64,000 nucleotides of DNA, taken from Granulicella sp. Its GTDB lineage: Bacteria > Acidobacteriota > Terriglobia > Terriglobales > Acidobacteriaceae. Below the pieces are notes generated by a model that saw only the letters and a list, made by a program, of their open reading frames with translations, did not search any database and was not told the origin of the DNA. Position numbers and translations under genes: made by a program. Of this stretch, positions 10,956 through 21,749 are shown in pieces (positions within the stretch are counted from its first letter, which is position 1; the number at the start of each line of letters is the position of its first letter). The stretch is from contig DAHWNL010000034.1 in the NCBI GenBank assembly GCA_027339965.1, positions 59,551 to 123,550 of the forward strand. Reading direction: 5' to 3'.

Positions 10956-12002
10956 CTAAGAGAGCTCTTGCATCAGCCCTGCCAGAACCTCAGGACCGGG
11001 ACGAACCCGAGCCTCGGAAGCCAGCGAAAGCGGCTCGTCAATCAGATTCAGCCGGGTCACAAAGTCCATTCCGTGCGGATTCACATAAAAGACCCCCGTC
11101 AACACCTCGCCTGAATCGTGCGCCTCAGTCAGCATACTGATCGCGCCCGTCTTGCTCGTCGGAGCATAATTTTCATGGATCTTCCGTAGACGCAAATGCG
11201 AGCCGTCATGCAGTTGCACGTCAACAGTGGTATTGGGATCGTAATCTACAGTTATATCCTCGAAGGGCGCGATGAAGCCGGCCTCGTTCACTGCCTCATC
11301 ATGTTCCTTCATGTACCTGTAGCTCTTTGTGGAGCCCTCATGATCGTTGAAGGTGACACACGGCGAGATGATATCCAGCAGGACAGTTCCCTTGTGTGCA
11401 ATGGCCGCCTTCAACATGGTGGAAAGTTGCTTCTTGTCCCCGGAGAACGACCGGCCTACGAAAGTAGCACCTACCTGGATCGCCAGCGCGCAGATATCGA
11501 TCGGCGGCATGTCATTGACCACACCTGTCTTCAGCTTGGACCCAATATCGGCCGTTGCGGAGAACTGTCCCTTGGTGAGCCCGTACACTCCATTGTCTTC
11601 GACAATGTAAATGATGGGCAGATTGCGGCGTAGCAGGTGCATGAACTGCCCGAGCCCAATGGAAACGGTATCCCCGTCCCCACTGATGCCGATGGACCGC
11701 ATGGTCTTGTTGGCCAGCAGAGCTCCGGTCGCAACCGCAGGCATGCGTCCATGCACGGAGTTGAAACTGAAAGACCGAGACATGAAGTACGCCGGCGACT
11801 TGGAGGAACAGCCGATGCCGCTCATCTTCATGACATCTTCCGGCGGAACGCCCATCTCGTAAAAAGCTTCGATCAAACGCTCGGAGATCGCATTATGACC
11901 GCAACCAGCACATAGGGTCGACTTGCCGCCACGATAATCAAGGATCTCAAGGCCGATCTGATTGGTCCGAGCAGGCGTGGATGGAACGGGTGAAGTTGCC
12001 AT
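10956..12002 (-). CDS. korB: 2-oxoacid:ferredoxin oxidoreductase beta subunit
   Basis: CAGCG, GIGCS, HGR, TPP motif GDGD...N..YGLTKGQ, SPCVTFN. Confidence 0.9.
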   Translation of the reverse strand: MATSPVPSTPARTNQIGLEILDYRGGKSTLCAGCGHNAISERLIEAFYEMGVPPEDVMKMSGIGCSSKSPAYFMSRSFSFNSVHGRMPAVATGALLANKTMRSIGISGDGDTVSIGLGQFMHLLRRNLPIIYIVEDNGVYGLTKGQFSATADIGSKLKTGVVNDMPPIDICALAIQVGATFVGRSFSGDKKQLSTMLKAAIAHKGTVLLDIISPCVTFNDHEGSTKSYRYMKEHDEAVNEAGFIAPFEDITVDYDPNTTVDVQLHDGSHLRLRKIHENYAPTSKTGAISMLTEAHDSGEVLTGVFYVNPHGMDFVTRLNLIDEPLSLASEARVRPGPEVLAGLMQELS

Positions 12003-12004
12003 GA

Positions 12005-13858
12005 TTACTTTCTTGCTCCTTCAAATTTGGTGATGGCCTCGCTAATCACCCTCGCCTCGATCGGCAAGCCGGCAAAGTAGGTGATCGAATGCAGCTTGAC
12101 CGCCTCGGATGCGTCCAGGTCGGTCTTCAAAAGGTTTCGCATCTGACCGTCGCGGTTCTGTTCCACCACAAAGATGGTCTCGTGGCAAGCCACAAAATCA
12201 TTGACCTCCTGGGTAAACGGATAGGCCCGAAGGCGCAGATAGTCGGTGTGGATTCTCGCTTCACGCTGCAACTGGTCCCGGCTCTCCAGCACTGCGGGAT
12301 CGCTGCTCCCAAAGGCGATGATGCCGATCTTCTCCTTGCCCGTCCCCTTCAGTACGGGCTTGGGAACCAGAGTCTTTGCGGTTTCAAACTTGCGCGCCAG
12401 GCGCTGCATGTTCTGCGCATAGTCTTCCGGCCTCTCCGAGTACTGAGCCCTCTCATTCTTGCCCGTGCCGCGCGTGAAGTAGGCTGCCTTCGGGTGGTTA
12501 GTCCCAGGTAGCGTCCGGTAAGGAATTCCGTCGCCATCCACGTCCTGGTAGCGAGCGAACTCGCCCAGGTCTTCCAGTCGATTCGCGTTCAGGACCTTTC
12601 CTCGATTGATCGGCTTCTCTGGATACTCGAACGGTTCGGACATCCAGTTGTTCATCCCTAAATCCAGATCGCTCAGGATGAAGACGGGAGTCTGCAGCAT
12701 CTCGGCGACGTCAAATGCCTCCACGGCTAGCTCGAAGCACTCCTTCACCGAGCCTGGAAGCAGCATCACGTGCTTGGTATCCCCGTGCGATAGCCCGGAG
12801 ACAAAGGCGATATCGCCCTGTTGCGTGCGGGTAGGCAGACCTGTGGAAGGGCCCGTTCGCTGCACATCCAGGATGACGCCTGGAATCTCGGCAAAGTAGC
12901 CCAGCCCGGCGAACTCCGCCATCAGCGAGATGCCGGGTCCGGAGGTCGCTGTCATGGCGCGAGCTCCACCCCATCCCGCACCCAGCACCATCCCCATCGC
13001 GGCCAGTTCATCCTCGGCCTGCACAATGGCGAAGGTGGCCTTGCCGTCCTTCTCTACCCGATACTTCTTCATGTACTTGATCAGATCTTCCACTACGCTG
13101 GTTGAGGGTGTGATCGGATACCAGCTCACCACCGTCACTCCGGCGAACATGGTGCCCATGGCGCAGGCCGCATTTCCATCCACGATGATCTTTCCCTGGG
13201 TCGCGTTCATCGGCTCAACCGTAAGCCCGTCCTGCTTGGTCAGCGCGCTGGAGGCATAATCAAAACCTAGCTGAACCGCTTTCCAGTTCAGGTCCGCCAC
13301 CGCAGCCTTGCGGGCAAACTGCTGTCGCACAATGCCTTCCAAGCCCTTCATGTCGATCGCCAAGAGCTGCGCCGCCACCCCCACATAGACCATGTTCTTG
13401 ATCAGCTTGCGAACCTTCATCTCCGCACCGGTAGCTGCCGCCAGTTGATCAAAAGGAACCGGGTAGTAAACCACATCGGCGCGGCGATCTCCGATCGAGA
13501 AGCTCTCGTCATAGATGGCGGCCCCACCCGCCGGCAGTTTGCGAATATCGTCCAGCACGGTCTCCGGATTCAACGCAATCAACAGATCCACATGCCCCTT
13601 GCGCGCCACCCAGCCATCACGGTTGGCGCGGATCAGATACCATGTGGGCAGTCCCGCAATGTTGGATGGAAACAGGTTCTTGCCGGAGACCGGAACCCCC
13701 ATGCGAAAGATGCTTCGGAGCAGGATGTTGTTGGCCGATTGCGATCCGGATCCGTTTACCGTTGCGACCTGGATGGTGAAATCGTTCACCAATTTTTTGG
13801 GGTGAACAATCGAGTCCGCTGCGGACAGACTCTCAGCTTCGAGATTGGTGGTAGCCAT
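12005..13858 (-). CDS. korA: 2-oxoacid:ferredoxin oxidoreductase alpha subunit (gamma-alpha fusion)
   Basis: N-terminal gamma domain, YPITP, EDE, TATSGPG, QR.GPSTG.PT; AAGGA RBS before ATG 13858. Confidence 0.9.
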   Translation of the reverse strand: MATTNLEAESLSAADSIVHPKKLVNDFTIQVATVNGSGSQSANNILLRSIFRMGVPVSGKNLFPSNIAGLPTWYLIRANRDGWVARKGHVDLLIALNPETVLDDIRKLPAGGAAIYDESFSIGDRRADVVYYPVPFDQLAAATGAEMKVRKLIKNMVYVGVAAQLLAIDMKGLEGIVRQQFARKAAVADLNWKAVQLGFDYASSALTKQDGLTVEPMNATQGKIIVDGNAACAMGTMFAGVTVVSWYPITPSTSVVEDLIKYMKKYRVEKDGKATFAIVQAEDELAAMGMVLGAGWGGARAMTATSGPGISLMAEFAGLGYFAEIPGVILDVQRTGPSTGLPTRTQQGDIAFVSGLSHGDTKHVMLLPGSVKECFELAVEAFDVAEMLQTPVFILSDLDLGMNNWMSEPFEYPEKPINRGKVLNANRLEDLGEFARYQDVDGDGIPYRTLPGTNHPKAAYFTRGTGKNERAQYSERPEDYAQNMQRLARKFETAKTLVPKPVLKGTGKEKIGIIAFGSSDPAVLESRDQLQREARIHTDYLRLRAYPFTQEVNDFVACHETIFVVEQNRDGQMRNLLKTDLDASEAVKLHSITYFAGLPIEARVISEAITKFEGARK

Positions 13859-14206
13859 TGATAAATCCTTCCATCTTGTTGCGCCAATAGAGTTCTGCGG
13901 ATGGTCGGGAAGGCAGGAAAGTTCGCGTTTCACTCCCGCAGCCGTCACAGCAACCGGCTCCTATTACGCCAACAGAGATTGTATTCCTTCCTCACAACAG
14001 TTCGCTATCAAGCCGAACCACGCCGCATCTGGAAATACCCCACCTTCATAAGGCGTCTCGGATGCGAAACAGCACCCTGCAGCCCATGTCGGCACCTTTT
14101 CGAACGAGTGGATCTGCTTGCTCCACAATCATTCCCTGGTGGTTTGCGCAGCATCCTGACTCACTGAAATGGCTGCCATCCACAGCAAGGATCCGCAGTG
14201 CGATTA

Positions 14207-17200
14207 TCAACCTCTAGGACCTGCGGGAGTATCAGGCGCAGAGGTTGAAACACCCTTCTTCGAGGCCAAGTTGCCGGGCAAGGAACTGTCCCCAGAGGCG
14301 TATTCCTGATATAACCGCCATTTCCTCCGCACGTCTTCCTCTGCCTCTTCCAGAAGGCGCTTGGCAGCCTCAGGATGGCTGCGCGAGAGCATGGTATAGC
14401 GCGCTTCCTTGTAGCTATACTCCTTCAAAGCGATGGAGGGCGGTTTGGAATCCAGTTGAAATGGATTTTTGCCCTGCGCCTGCAGCATCGGGTTGTAACG
14501 CATCAAAGGCCAGTATCCAGACAGCACAGCGTTCTTTTGTTGCTCCATTCCGAGGCCGAGATCATATCCGTGGGCGATGCATTGGCTGTAGGCGATGATG
14601 AGAGCCGGCCCGTCATAGGCTTCCGCCTCCTGGAACGCTTTTACCGTTTGGATATCGCTGCCGCCCATGGCCACCCGGGCCACGTAAACCGAACCATAAC
14701 TGAGCGCCTCCATCGCAAGATCTTTCTTGCCCGTCAGCTTGCCTCCTGAAGCAAACTTGGCCACGGCCCCGCGCGGCGTCGACTTTGACATCTGTCCGCC
14801 GGTATTGGAGTACGTCTCTGTATCCAGCACCAGAATCTTCACATTTTTGCCCGAGCCCAGCACATGGTCCACGCCCCCAAAGCCGATATCGTAGGCCCAA
14901 CCATCGCCACCCACCAGCCATACGCTCTTGCGCACCAACGAATCAGCCAGACTGTGCAACAAGCGTGCCTCCGGCCTCTCCACTCCGTCTAGCCGGCCGC
15001 GGATTCGTTTCACTCGCTCTCGTTGCCGATCAATCCCGACTTCCGTCGTCTGATCGGCACTGAGCGCCGCTTCTACCAACTCCTCCCCAACAATCGCCGC
15101 TTGTTGCCGCAACAGAGCCTCAGCCTGCTCCTTTTGTTGATCCAGCCCCAGGCGAATTCCCAAACCAAACTCCGCGTTGTCCTCGAAGAGCGAGTTGGCC
15201 CAGGTCGGTCCGCGGCCCTCATCGTTCACCGTGTACGGCGTGGTGGGCATGCTGCCGCCATAGATCGAAGAGCAGCCTGTGGCGTTGGCGATGTATAATC
15301 GGTCGCCGAACAACTGCGTGAGCAGCTTGATGTAGGGTGTCTCTCCGCAGCCTGCGCAAGCGCCGGAGAACTCAAACAGCGGCTCCAGCAGTTGAACATC
15401 CTTCACCTGATTGTGCGACAGAGTTGCTCGTTTCACCGGCGGCAGAGCCGCAAAGAACTTCCAGTTCTCCGCCTCCGGGGCGCGCAAAGGCTCTTGCGGT
15501 TCCATCTGCAGCGCCTTGCGCCGGGGACGGGCCGCCGGCTCCGTCCTGCTGACTGCCGGGCAGGTCTCCATGCACAGCCTGCACCCGGTACAGTCTTCGG
15601 GCGCAACTTGCAGGGCGTAGAGCTTCTTTTCCATATCGCGCCACTTCGGCTTGGCAGTCTTAAAGCTTTGCGGCGCCTCTGCCAGCAGAGTGCTGTCGAA
15701 GACCTTGGCGCGGATCGCCGCATGCGGGCACACCAGAACGCACTTCCCGCACTGAATGCAAAGCTCCTGATCCCATACCGGGATCATCTGAGCGATGTTC
15801 CGCTTTTCCCAATGCGTGGTTCCCGTGGGGAAGGTTCCATCCGGAGGCAACGCGCTTACCGGCAGCAGGTCGCCCCGGCCCGCAGCCATCTCCCCCAGAA
15901 CGTTCGTAACAAACTCCGGCGCCGACGGCGAAAAGATCGGCAGCAGATCAACCTGAGATGTGGCCTTCTCGGGCACTTTCACGCGATGGAGATGGGCCAG
16001 CGCGGCATCCACCGCGGCGTAGTTTCTCTGCACCACATCCCCGCGCCTTCCGTAAGTCTGCTGAATGGCCTTTTTGATCTGCTCAACCGCCTCGGCCAGC
16101 GGCAAAACACCGCTGATGGCGAAGAAACAGACTTGCATGACAGTGTTGATGCGGCTTCCCATCCCCGTCTCGCGGGCCACGCCATAGGCGTCGATTACAT
16201 AGAACTCTAGCTTCCGTTCCACAATGGTCTCCTGCACTTTGCGCGGCAGATGTTCCCACACCTCCTCCGGTCCGTAGGGAGCATTCAATAAAAACACGGC
16301 GCCTGGAGCCGCGGCGGAGAGAATGTCCATCCGCTCCAGAAAGGAGAAGCTGTGGCAGGCCACAAAATTGGCTTGCGTGATCAGATACGTGGACAGGATC
16401 GGCGCCGGCCCAAAGCGAAGATGAGAGGTGGTCATCGAGCCCGACTTCTTGGAGTCATAAACGAAGTAGCCCTGGACGTAGTTCGGCGTCTCGTGCCCGA
16501 TGATCTTGATCGAGTTCTTATTGGCGCCCACCGTCCCATCCGATCCCAGACCGTAGAACAGGGCGCGGAAGGTGCGAGGATCCTCCGTGCAGAACTTCGG
16601 ATCATACTCCAGACTGGTATGCGTAACGTCGTCTGTGATGCCGATCGTGAAGTGATTCTTCGGCTGCGGGTCCCATAACTCTTCGAAGATGCCCTTCACC
16701 ATCGCCGGGGTGAACTCCTTGGAAGACAGACCGTAACGTCCGCCGATCACCTTGGGAAGCCTGGCAAACCGCGGGCTCGCATCCTGCATGCTCTCGCCGA
16801 TCGCCGTCAACACATCCTGGTACAACGGTTCACCAATAGCGCCCGGTTCCTTGGTGCGATCCAGCACCGCAATCGCTCGCACCGACTTGGGAAGAGATCT
16901 CAGGAAGGTCTCTGTGGCGAACGGACGGTACAGCCGAACTTTTAACAGGCCGAGCTTCTCTCCACGCGCATTCAAGTGGAGAATTGTCTCTTCGACCGCT
17001 CCGGCTCCTGAACCCATGATCACGATCACCCTATCCGCCTCGGGATCGCCCACATAATCAAACAGATGATAAGAGCGGCCGGTCAGCCGGGCGAAGTCAT
17101 TCATCACGCGCTGCACGATCGAAGGACAAGCCAGATAATATGGATTCGAGGCTTCGCGCGCCTGGAAAAAGACATCGGGATTCTGTGCTGTTCCGCGCAA

Positions 17201-17872
17201 AATCGGGCGGTCCGCACTCAAAGCCCGCTTTCGATGAGCCTCGATCAGCTTTTCGTCCATCAGCGCGCGGATGGTCTCGTCGGAGATGCTGGCCACCTTG
17301 TTAATCTCATGCGAGGTTCGAAAGCCATCGAAGAAGTGCAGAAACGGGACCCTCGCCTCCAGCGTCGATAGATGCGCAACCAGCGCAAGGTCTCCGGCCT
17401 CTTGCACCGAATCAGAGGCTAACATTGCATAGCCAGTCGCACGACAGGCCATCACGTCCGAATGGTCCCCAAAGATCGAAAGGGCATGCGTGGCCACCGA
17501 CCGCGCGGTGACGTGAACAACGTTCGACGTCAGCTCCCCGGCGATCTTGAACAGATTGGGGATCATCAACAACAATCCCTGAGAGGCGGTGAAGGTGGTG
17601 CTCAAAGAGCCTGCTTGCAGGGCTCCGTGCATCGCGCCTGCGGCACCCCCTTCGCTTTGCATCTCCGCGATCAGCGGAACCGCTCCCCAAAGGTTCCGGC
17701 GGCCTTGTTCACTCCACTGGTCGGCCCACTCGGCCATCGTGGACGATGGAGTGATTGGGTAAATGGAGATTACCTCCGCCAGCCGGTAGGCCACATCCGC
17801 CACAGCCTGGTTGCCATCTACGATCTCGAACTGTTCTGAATTCAACTCAACACCCCGCTGCTTCCCCACCAT
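14207..17872 (-). CDS. nifJ: Pyruvate:ferredoxin/flavodoxin oxidoreductase (single-chain)
   Basis: 1221 aa; YPITPS, QSEGGAAG, two CxxCxxCxxxCP motifs, GACAGCGE, ATGCS, GGDGWAYDIG. Confidence 0.95.
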   Translation of the reverse strand: MVGKQRGVELNSEQFEIVDGNQAVADVAYRLAEVISIYPITPSSTMAEWADQWSEQGRRNLWGAVPLIAEMQSEGGAAGAMHGALQAGSLSTTFTASQGLLLMIPNLFKIAGELTSNVVHVTARSVATHALSIFGDHSDVMACRATGYAMLASDSVQEAGDLALVAHLSTLEARVPFLHFFDGFRTSHEINKVASISDETIRALMDEKLIEAHRKRALSADRPILRGTAQNPDVFFQAREASNPYYLACPSIVQRVMNDFARLTGRSYHLFDYVGDPEADRVIVIMGSGAGAVEETILHLNARGEKLGLLKVRLYRPFATETFLRSLPKSVRAIAVLDRTKEPGAIGEPLYQDVLTAIGESMQDASPRFARLPKVIGGRYGLSSKEFTPAMVKGIFEELWDPQPKNHFTIGITDDVTHTSLEYDPKFCTEDPRTFRALFYGLGSDGTVGANKNSIKIIGHETPNYVQGYFVYDSKKSGSMTTSHLRFGPAPILSTYLITQANFVACHSFSFLERMDILSAAAPGAVFLLNAPYGPEEVWEHLPRKVQETIVERKLEFYVIDAYGVARETGMGSRINTVMQVCFFAISGVLPLAEAVEQIKKAIQQTYGRRGDVVQRNYAAVDAALAHLHRVKVPEKATSQVDLLPIFSPSAPEFVTNVLGEMAAGRGDLLPVSALPPDGTFPTGTTHWEKRNIAQMIPVWDQELCIQCGKCVLVCPHAAIRAKVFDSTLLAEAPQSFKTAKPKWRDMEKKLYALQVAPEDCTGCRLCMETCPAVSRTEPAARPRRKALQMEPQEPLRAPEAENWKFFAALPPVKRATLSHNQVKDVQLLEPLFEFSGACAGCGETPYIKLLTQLFGDRLYIANATGCSSIYGGSMPTTPYTVNDEGRGPTWANSLFEDNAEFGLGIRLGLDQQKEQAEALLRQQAAIVGEELVEAALSADQTTEVGIDRQRERVKRIRGRLDGVERPEARLLHSLADSLVRKSVWLVGGDGWAYDIGFGGVDHVLGSGKNVKILVLDTETYSNTGGQMSKSTPRGAVAKFASGGKLTGKKDLAMEALSYGSVYVARVAMGGSDIQTVKAFQEAEAYDGPALIIAYSQCIAHGYDLGLGMEQQKNAVLSGYWPLMRYNPMLQAQGKNPFQLDSKPPSIALKEYSYKEARYTMLSRSHPEAAKRLLEEAEEDVRRKWRLYQEYASGDSSLPGNLASKKGVSTSAPDTPAGPRG

Positions 17873-17898
17873 TCTCGGCGGCTGGGAGTGGTCCGAAT

Positions 17899-17914
17899 TG
17901 TGACCAATGTCACA
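17899..17914. promoter_or_regulatory. Palindromic TGTGA-N6-TCACA operator (CRP/FNR-family or Rex-like) in the divergent nifJ/nuoA spacer
   Basis: TGTGACCAATGTCACA; extended -10-like TGaTAAGCT at 17932-17940 on plus strand. Confidence 0.7.
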
Positions 17915-17951
17915 TGGATTTGATTCGTTTCTGATAAGCTAAAGGCGAGCT

Positions 17952-18323
17952 ATGGTGAATCACACGTATCTCCCGGTTCTTGTGCTCTTGATTGCAGGTG
18001 CGGCTTTCGCCATCGGTCCCCTGGCTCTTGCATGGCTATGGGCCAGGAAGTTTTCTCCACAAAAGACAGGCCCGACCAAAAACGCGATCTACGAATGTGG
18101 CTTGGAGTCCAACGGAGATGCCTGGATCAAGTTCAAGCCAGGCTATTACCTCTACGCCATTCTCTTTCTCATCTTTGACGTGGAAGCTGTCTTCTTGCTG
18201 CCGTTCGCCGTCGCCTTCGGGGGCTTCACTGTAGCGGAGTCCGTCTCCATGCTTGTATTTCTGCTTCTCCTGGTCGAAGGACTCGTCTGGGCCTGGCAGA
18301 AGAACGTCCTTTCCTGGATCTGA
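17952..18323 (+). CDS. nuoA: Complex I-like subunit A
   Basis: 3 TM helices, YECG loop, FLIFDVE. Confidence 0.92.
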   Translation: MVNHTYLPVLVLLIAGAAFAIGPLALAWLWARKFSPQKTGPTKNAIYECGLESNGDAWIKFKPGYYLYAILFLIFDVEAVFLLPFAVAFGGFTVAESVSMLVFLLLLVEGLVWAWQKNVLSWI

Positions 18324-18463
18324 TTCCAGAATCCGTATCCTTCAAGCATCCACCAGCCATCGGGCCACCGCTGTCACGGCATCAAAGCTAAGGGAAAACC
18401 GGAAGCAGCTGCGGTTCGATTCTGCAAGGCCAACGGAAACATCCGCGCAAAGGGTTCTAAGGT

Positions 18464-19105
18464 ATGGACGAACAGCTAAAAAGTGAGTTGAGACGCCAGG
18501 GCGTAGTCGCCACTTCTCTCCAGGAGCTTTACAATTGGGGCCGCAAAAGCTCCATCTGGCCGCTCAACTTCGGCCTCGCCTGCTGCGCGATTGAGATGAT
18601 CGCCACTACCATGGCGCGTTACGATCTGGCTCGCTTCGGAGCTGAGGTCTTTCGTCCCTCGCCGCGTCAGGCCGATCTGATGATCGTCGCTGGAACCGTC
18701 ACCAAGAAGATGGCCCCCCAGGTGGTGCGTCTTTACAACCAGATGGCCGAGCCCAAGTACGTCATATCCATGGGCGCCTGCGCGATCTCCGGCGGGCCCT
18801 TCAAGCAGGGCTACAACGTGCTCAAGGGCATCGACCGCTATATCCCCGTGGATGTCTTTATCCCCGGCTGCCCTCCCCGTCCGGAGGCGCTGCTGGATGC
18901 GTTTTTGATGCTGCAACGCAAGATCGACGAGCAACAGCTCACCGGCCCCGAACGCCCCCGTCATCTTCAGGCGGAGCAACCAAGCGAGTTCATCGTGCCG
19001 CAATACAGCGAACACGACCTGATCCCCACGCGGAACGACACGATCTGGCATGCTCCGCTGGTCAACATCTCAAACGCAGGCGCCAATGAATCTGGAAGAG
19101 ATTAA
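18464..19105 (+). CDS. nuoB: Complex I-like subunit B (cluster N2)
   Basis: [28 protein letters not shown]. Confidence 0.95.
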   Translation: MDEQLKSELRRQGVVATSLQELYNWGRKSSIWPLNFGLACCAIEMIATTMARYDLARFGAEVFRPSPRQADLMIVAGTVTKKMAPQVVRLYNQMAEPKYVISMGACAISGGPFKQGYNVLKGIDRYIPVDVFIPGCPPRPEALLDAFLMLQRKIDEQQLTGPERPRHLQAEQPSEFIVPQYSEHDLIPTRNDTIWHAPLVNISNAGANESGRD

Positions 19106-19739
19106 AATCCAAATCGAAGCCAATGTTCCAGGCTGCTTCCTGGAGATCCTCCCCAACGCCAGTCCTTCCGGGCAGCACTCCCTGATTGTGGACACAGAGC
19201 ATGCTCTGACCGTGGCCAGCTTTCTGCGAGATGGCGCCAACCCACGGTTTGATTACTGCTCCAACGTCACCGGCGTCGATTGGCCCCTCAAAGAGACCTC
19301 CGCCAAGCAAAAGACAAAAAAGATCGTTGACGGCGTGGAGAAGGAGGTGGAAGAAGTGGTCAAAACCTCCACTGGCAACTATCTAGAGGTGGTCTACCAT
19401 CTGTTTTCTCTGGAAGATCGCCAAGGCCCTGTCGTACTTCGCATGCGCACCGAGGATCGCGCAGAACGGGTTCACCTTCCTTCCCTGACTCCGGTATGGC
19501 GCAGTGCGGAGCTTCAGGAGCGTGAGGTCTATGATCTGTTCGGCATCGTCTTTGACGGCCACCCCGATCTGCGCCGGCTGCTGATGTGGGAGGAGTTCAC
19601 GGACCACCCCATGCGCAAAGACTACGTCGACCCGGATGACTACGAGTACGAGCCAACCCCCCACGACGAGATTCTCAAGCGAACCCAGGCCCACTATGCG
19701 GCACAAGAACCACGGTCCGAAGCAGGGGAAGCGAGATGA
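19086..19739 (+). CDS. nuoC: Complex I-like subunit C
   Basis: [33 protein letters not shown] 19086 overlaps the end of nuoB. Confidence 0.92.
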   Translation: MNLEEIKIQIEANVPGCFLEILPNASPSGQHSLIVDTEHALTVASFLRDGANPRFDYCSNVTGVDWPLKETSAKQKTKKIVDGVEKEVEEVVKTSTGNYLEVVYHLFSLEDRQGPVVLRMRTEDRAERVHLPSLTPVWRSAELQEREVYDLFGIVFDGHPDLRRLLMWEEFTDHPMRKDYVDPDDYEYEPTPHDEILKRTQAHYAAQEPRSEAGEAR

Positions 19740-20896
19740 GCGTTCTGACCGAAGTCTCCATCGATACCATCTCCCAGCCGGCCAACGATCATCTCCACGG
19801 CGATCTGCTGGAGATCTCCATGGGACCCCATCATCCCTCCACGCACGGAGTCTTCCGGATGAACATCGTGCTGGATGGGGAGCGTGTGATCAAACTGAAG
19901 CCGGTCTTTGGCTATCTGCACCGCAATCACGAGAAGATCGCCGAGCATGAGACCTACCTGGGCTCCATGCCCTATACCGATCGACTGGATTACATCTGCT
20001 CCATCACCAACAACTGGGCCTACGCGCTGGCAGTGGAGAAGCTAGCGGGCATTCCAGTGCCGGAGCGCGCCGAGTACCTGCGCGTGATCACCGGCGAGCT
20101 GACCCGGCTGCAGAACCATGCCGGACTCATCGGCTTCCTTTTGCAGGATATGGGAGCCAGCGGCACCCCCCTGATGTACGCCTTCCGCGAACGCGAGAAG
20201 ATTCTGGATCTGTTCGAAGCCCTCACCGGCGCGCGCATGATGTGCAACTATATGCGCTTTGGAGGCTGCCGCCGCGATCTTCCCTCCGGCTGGATGGAGC
20301 AGGCTCAGAAGGTGGTGGATGGATTTCCACGATTCCTGGATGAGTTTGAACGGCTGCTGCGGACCAACGAGATTCTGATGGCTCGCACCCAGGGCGTCGG
20401 CGTCGTGACGCGCGAACAGGCTATCAACGCCGGAGTCAGCGGCCCGATGGCCCGGGCCTCCGGAGTCAACTACGATCTGCGCAAGGTGGACAAGTACGGC
20501 ATCTATGACCGGTTCTCCTTCCGTGTCCCTCTGGGCGAGCATGGGGACGTTTACGACCGTTACATGATGCGCTTGCTGGAGATGCGTGAGTCCCTCGATA
20601 TCCTCAAGCAGGCCATGCGCGACCTGCCCGCCGGCCCGATCATGGATCCCAACACCAAAATCCGCAACTTCCGGCCCAAGGCGGGGGAGGCTTACGGACG
20701 AATTGAGGCTCCCAAAGGCGAGCTGGGCTTCTACCTTATCAGCGACGGAGGACCCAATCCCTATCGCTACCGGGTGCGTCCGCCCAGCCTGATCAATCTC
20801 ACCCTGCTGGAACAGATGTGCCTCGGGCACAACGTCTCTGACGTCGTCATTATCCTGGGCAGCGTCGATATCGTCTTGGGCGAGGTGGACCGTTGA
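19736..20896 (+). CDS. nuoD: Complex I-like subunit D (quinone-binding)
   Basis: [29 protein letters not shown]-terminal GEVDR; no NiFe-binding CxxC pairs. Confidence 0.95.
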   Translation: MSVLTEVSIDTISQPANDHLHGDLLEISMGPHHPSTHGVFRMNIVLDGERVIKLKPVFGYLHRNHEKIAEHETYLGSMPYTDRLDYICSITNNWAYALAVEKLAGIPVPERAEYLRVITGELTRLQNHAGLIGFLLQDMGASGTPLMYAFREREKILDLFEALTGARMMCNYMRFGGCRRDLPSGWMEQAQKVVDGFPRFLDEFERLLRTNEILMARTQGVGVVTREQAINAGVSGPMARASGVNYDLRKVDKYGIYDRFSFRVPLGEHGDVYDRYMMRLLEMRESLDILKQAMRDLPAGPIMDPNTKIRNFRPKAGEAYGRIEAPKGELGFYLISDGGPNPYRYRVRPPSLINLTLLEQMCLGHNVSDVVIILGSVDIVLGEVDR

Positions 20897-20996
20897 ACTT
20901 CAAGATGCAAAGCAAAGGAGCAACTCCGGATCGTTGCGGTTTGACCGGCGAGCCGTCACTTCAGACCAAAAATACAAAGTGTGTGGGAGGCTGCCT

Positions 20997-21695
20997 GTGC
21001 TAGGGGACGGAATCATCAAAGGCCTTGCCGAGACGGCTCGCAACTTCTTTGGAAGCTACGTGGACAAAGAGCGTCTGACCACGGTTCAATATCCGGAGGA
21101 GCGGCTTCCGCAAATTGAGGGAACGCGCGACTTCCCTTTTCTGGTCTATGACGGCGACGACTGGGAGAAGGGTCTGCGCTGCGTCTCCTGCCACATCTGC
21201 GAGAAAGAATGTCCACCCAAGTGCATCTTCATTGAAAAGAGCAAGGACAAAAAGCCTGACGCTGTCGGCAAGCTCCAGTTCTACCCCGTAAGATTCGATA
21301 TCGATATCTCCGTCTGCATGAGCTGCCAGATCTGCGTCGAAGTCTGCCCCTTCGATGCCATCAAGATGAACGTGGAGTTCGAATTGAGCTCAGATGATCG
21401 CTTCGGCGGCTTACTCCTCTCCAAGGACAAACTGGCCCGCTCCAACGAGTACTATCACGAGATTCATCCCACAGAAGCCGCAGCCGTTGATGCCGCCTTG
21501 GCGGAGGATCGAGAAAAGGAAAAAGAGAAGCAGAAACAGGCTGCTTTGGCAGCCGCTGCCGCCGCTGCTGCTAAAGCCGCGGCCGCCTCGCCCTCAGCCT
21601 CGGCAGCACCTGCTCCGACTCCGGCCTCCGGCGCAGGACCCGTCCCGGACGCCGGCAATGGCGGCAACGCATCCAGCAAAGAGGAGACGAAATGA
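20997..21695 (+). CDS. nuoI: Complex I-like subunit I (2x[4Fe-4S]) with low-complexity C-terminal tail
   Basis: TVQYPEE, CVSCHICEKECP, CMSCQICVEVCP; GTG 20997 after GGAGG. Confidence 0.9.
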   Translation: MLGDGIIKGLAETARNFFGSYVDKERLTTVQYPEERLPQIEGTRDFPFLVYDGDDWEKGLRCVSCHICEKECPPKCIFIEKSKDKKPDAVGKLQFYPVRFDIDISVCMSCQICVEVCPFDAIKMNVEFELSSDDRFGGLLLSKDKLARSNEYYHEIHPTEAAAVDAALAEDREKEKEKQKQAALAAAAAAAAKAAAASPSASAAPAPTPASGAGPVPDAGNGGNASSKEETK

Positions 21696-21749
21696 CCCTC
21701 TGGACGCCTATCGAAGAAAAAAGACTTTGTAGCGAACGGTAGCCAAATT

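Noticed and set aside
18464..20896. Group 4 [NiFe]-hydrogenase interpretation of the operon
   Set aside because: The large subunit has no N- or C-terminal CxxC metal ligands and keeps the quinone-site His/Tyr motifs; the small subunit has the tandem CC of NuoB
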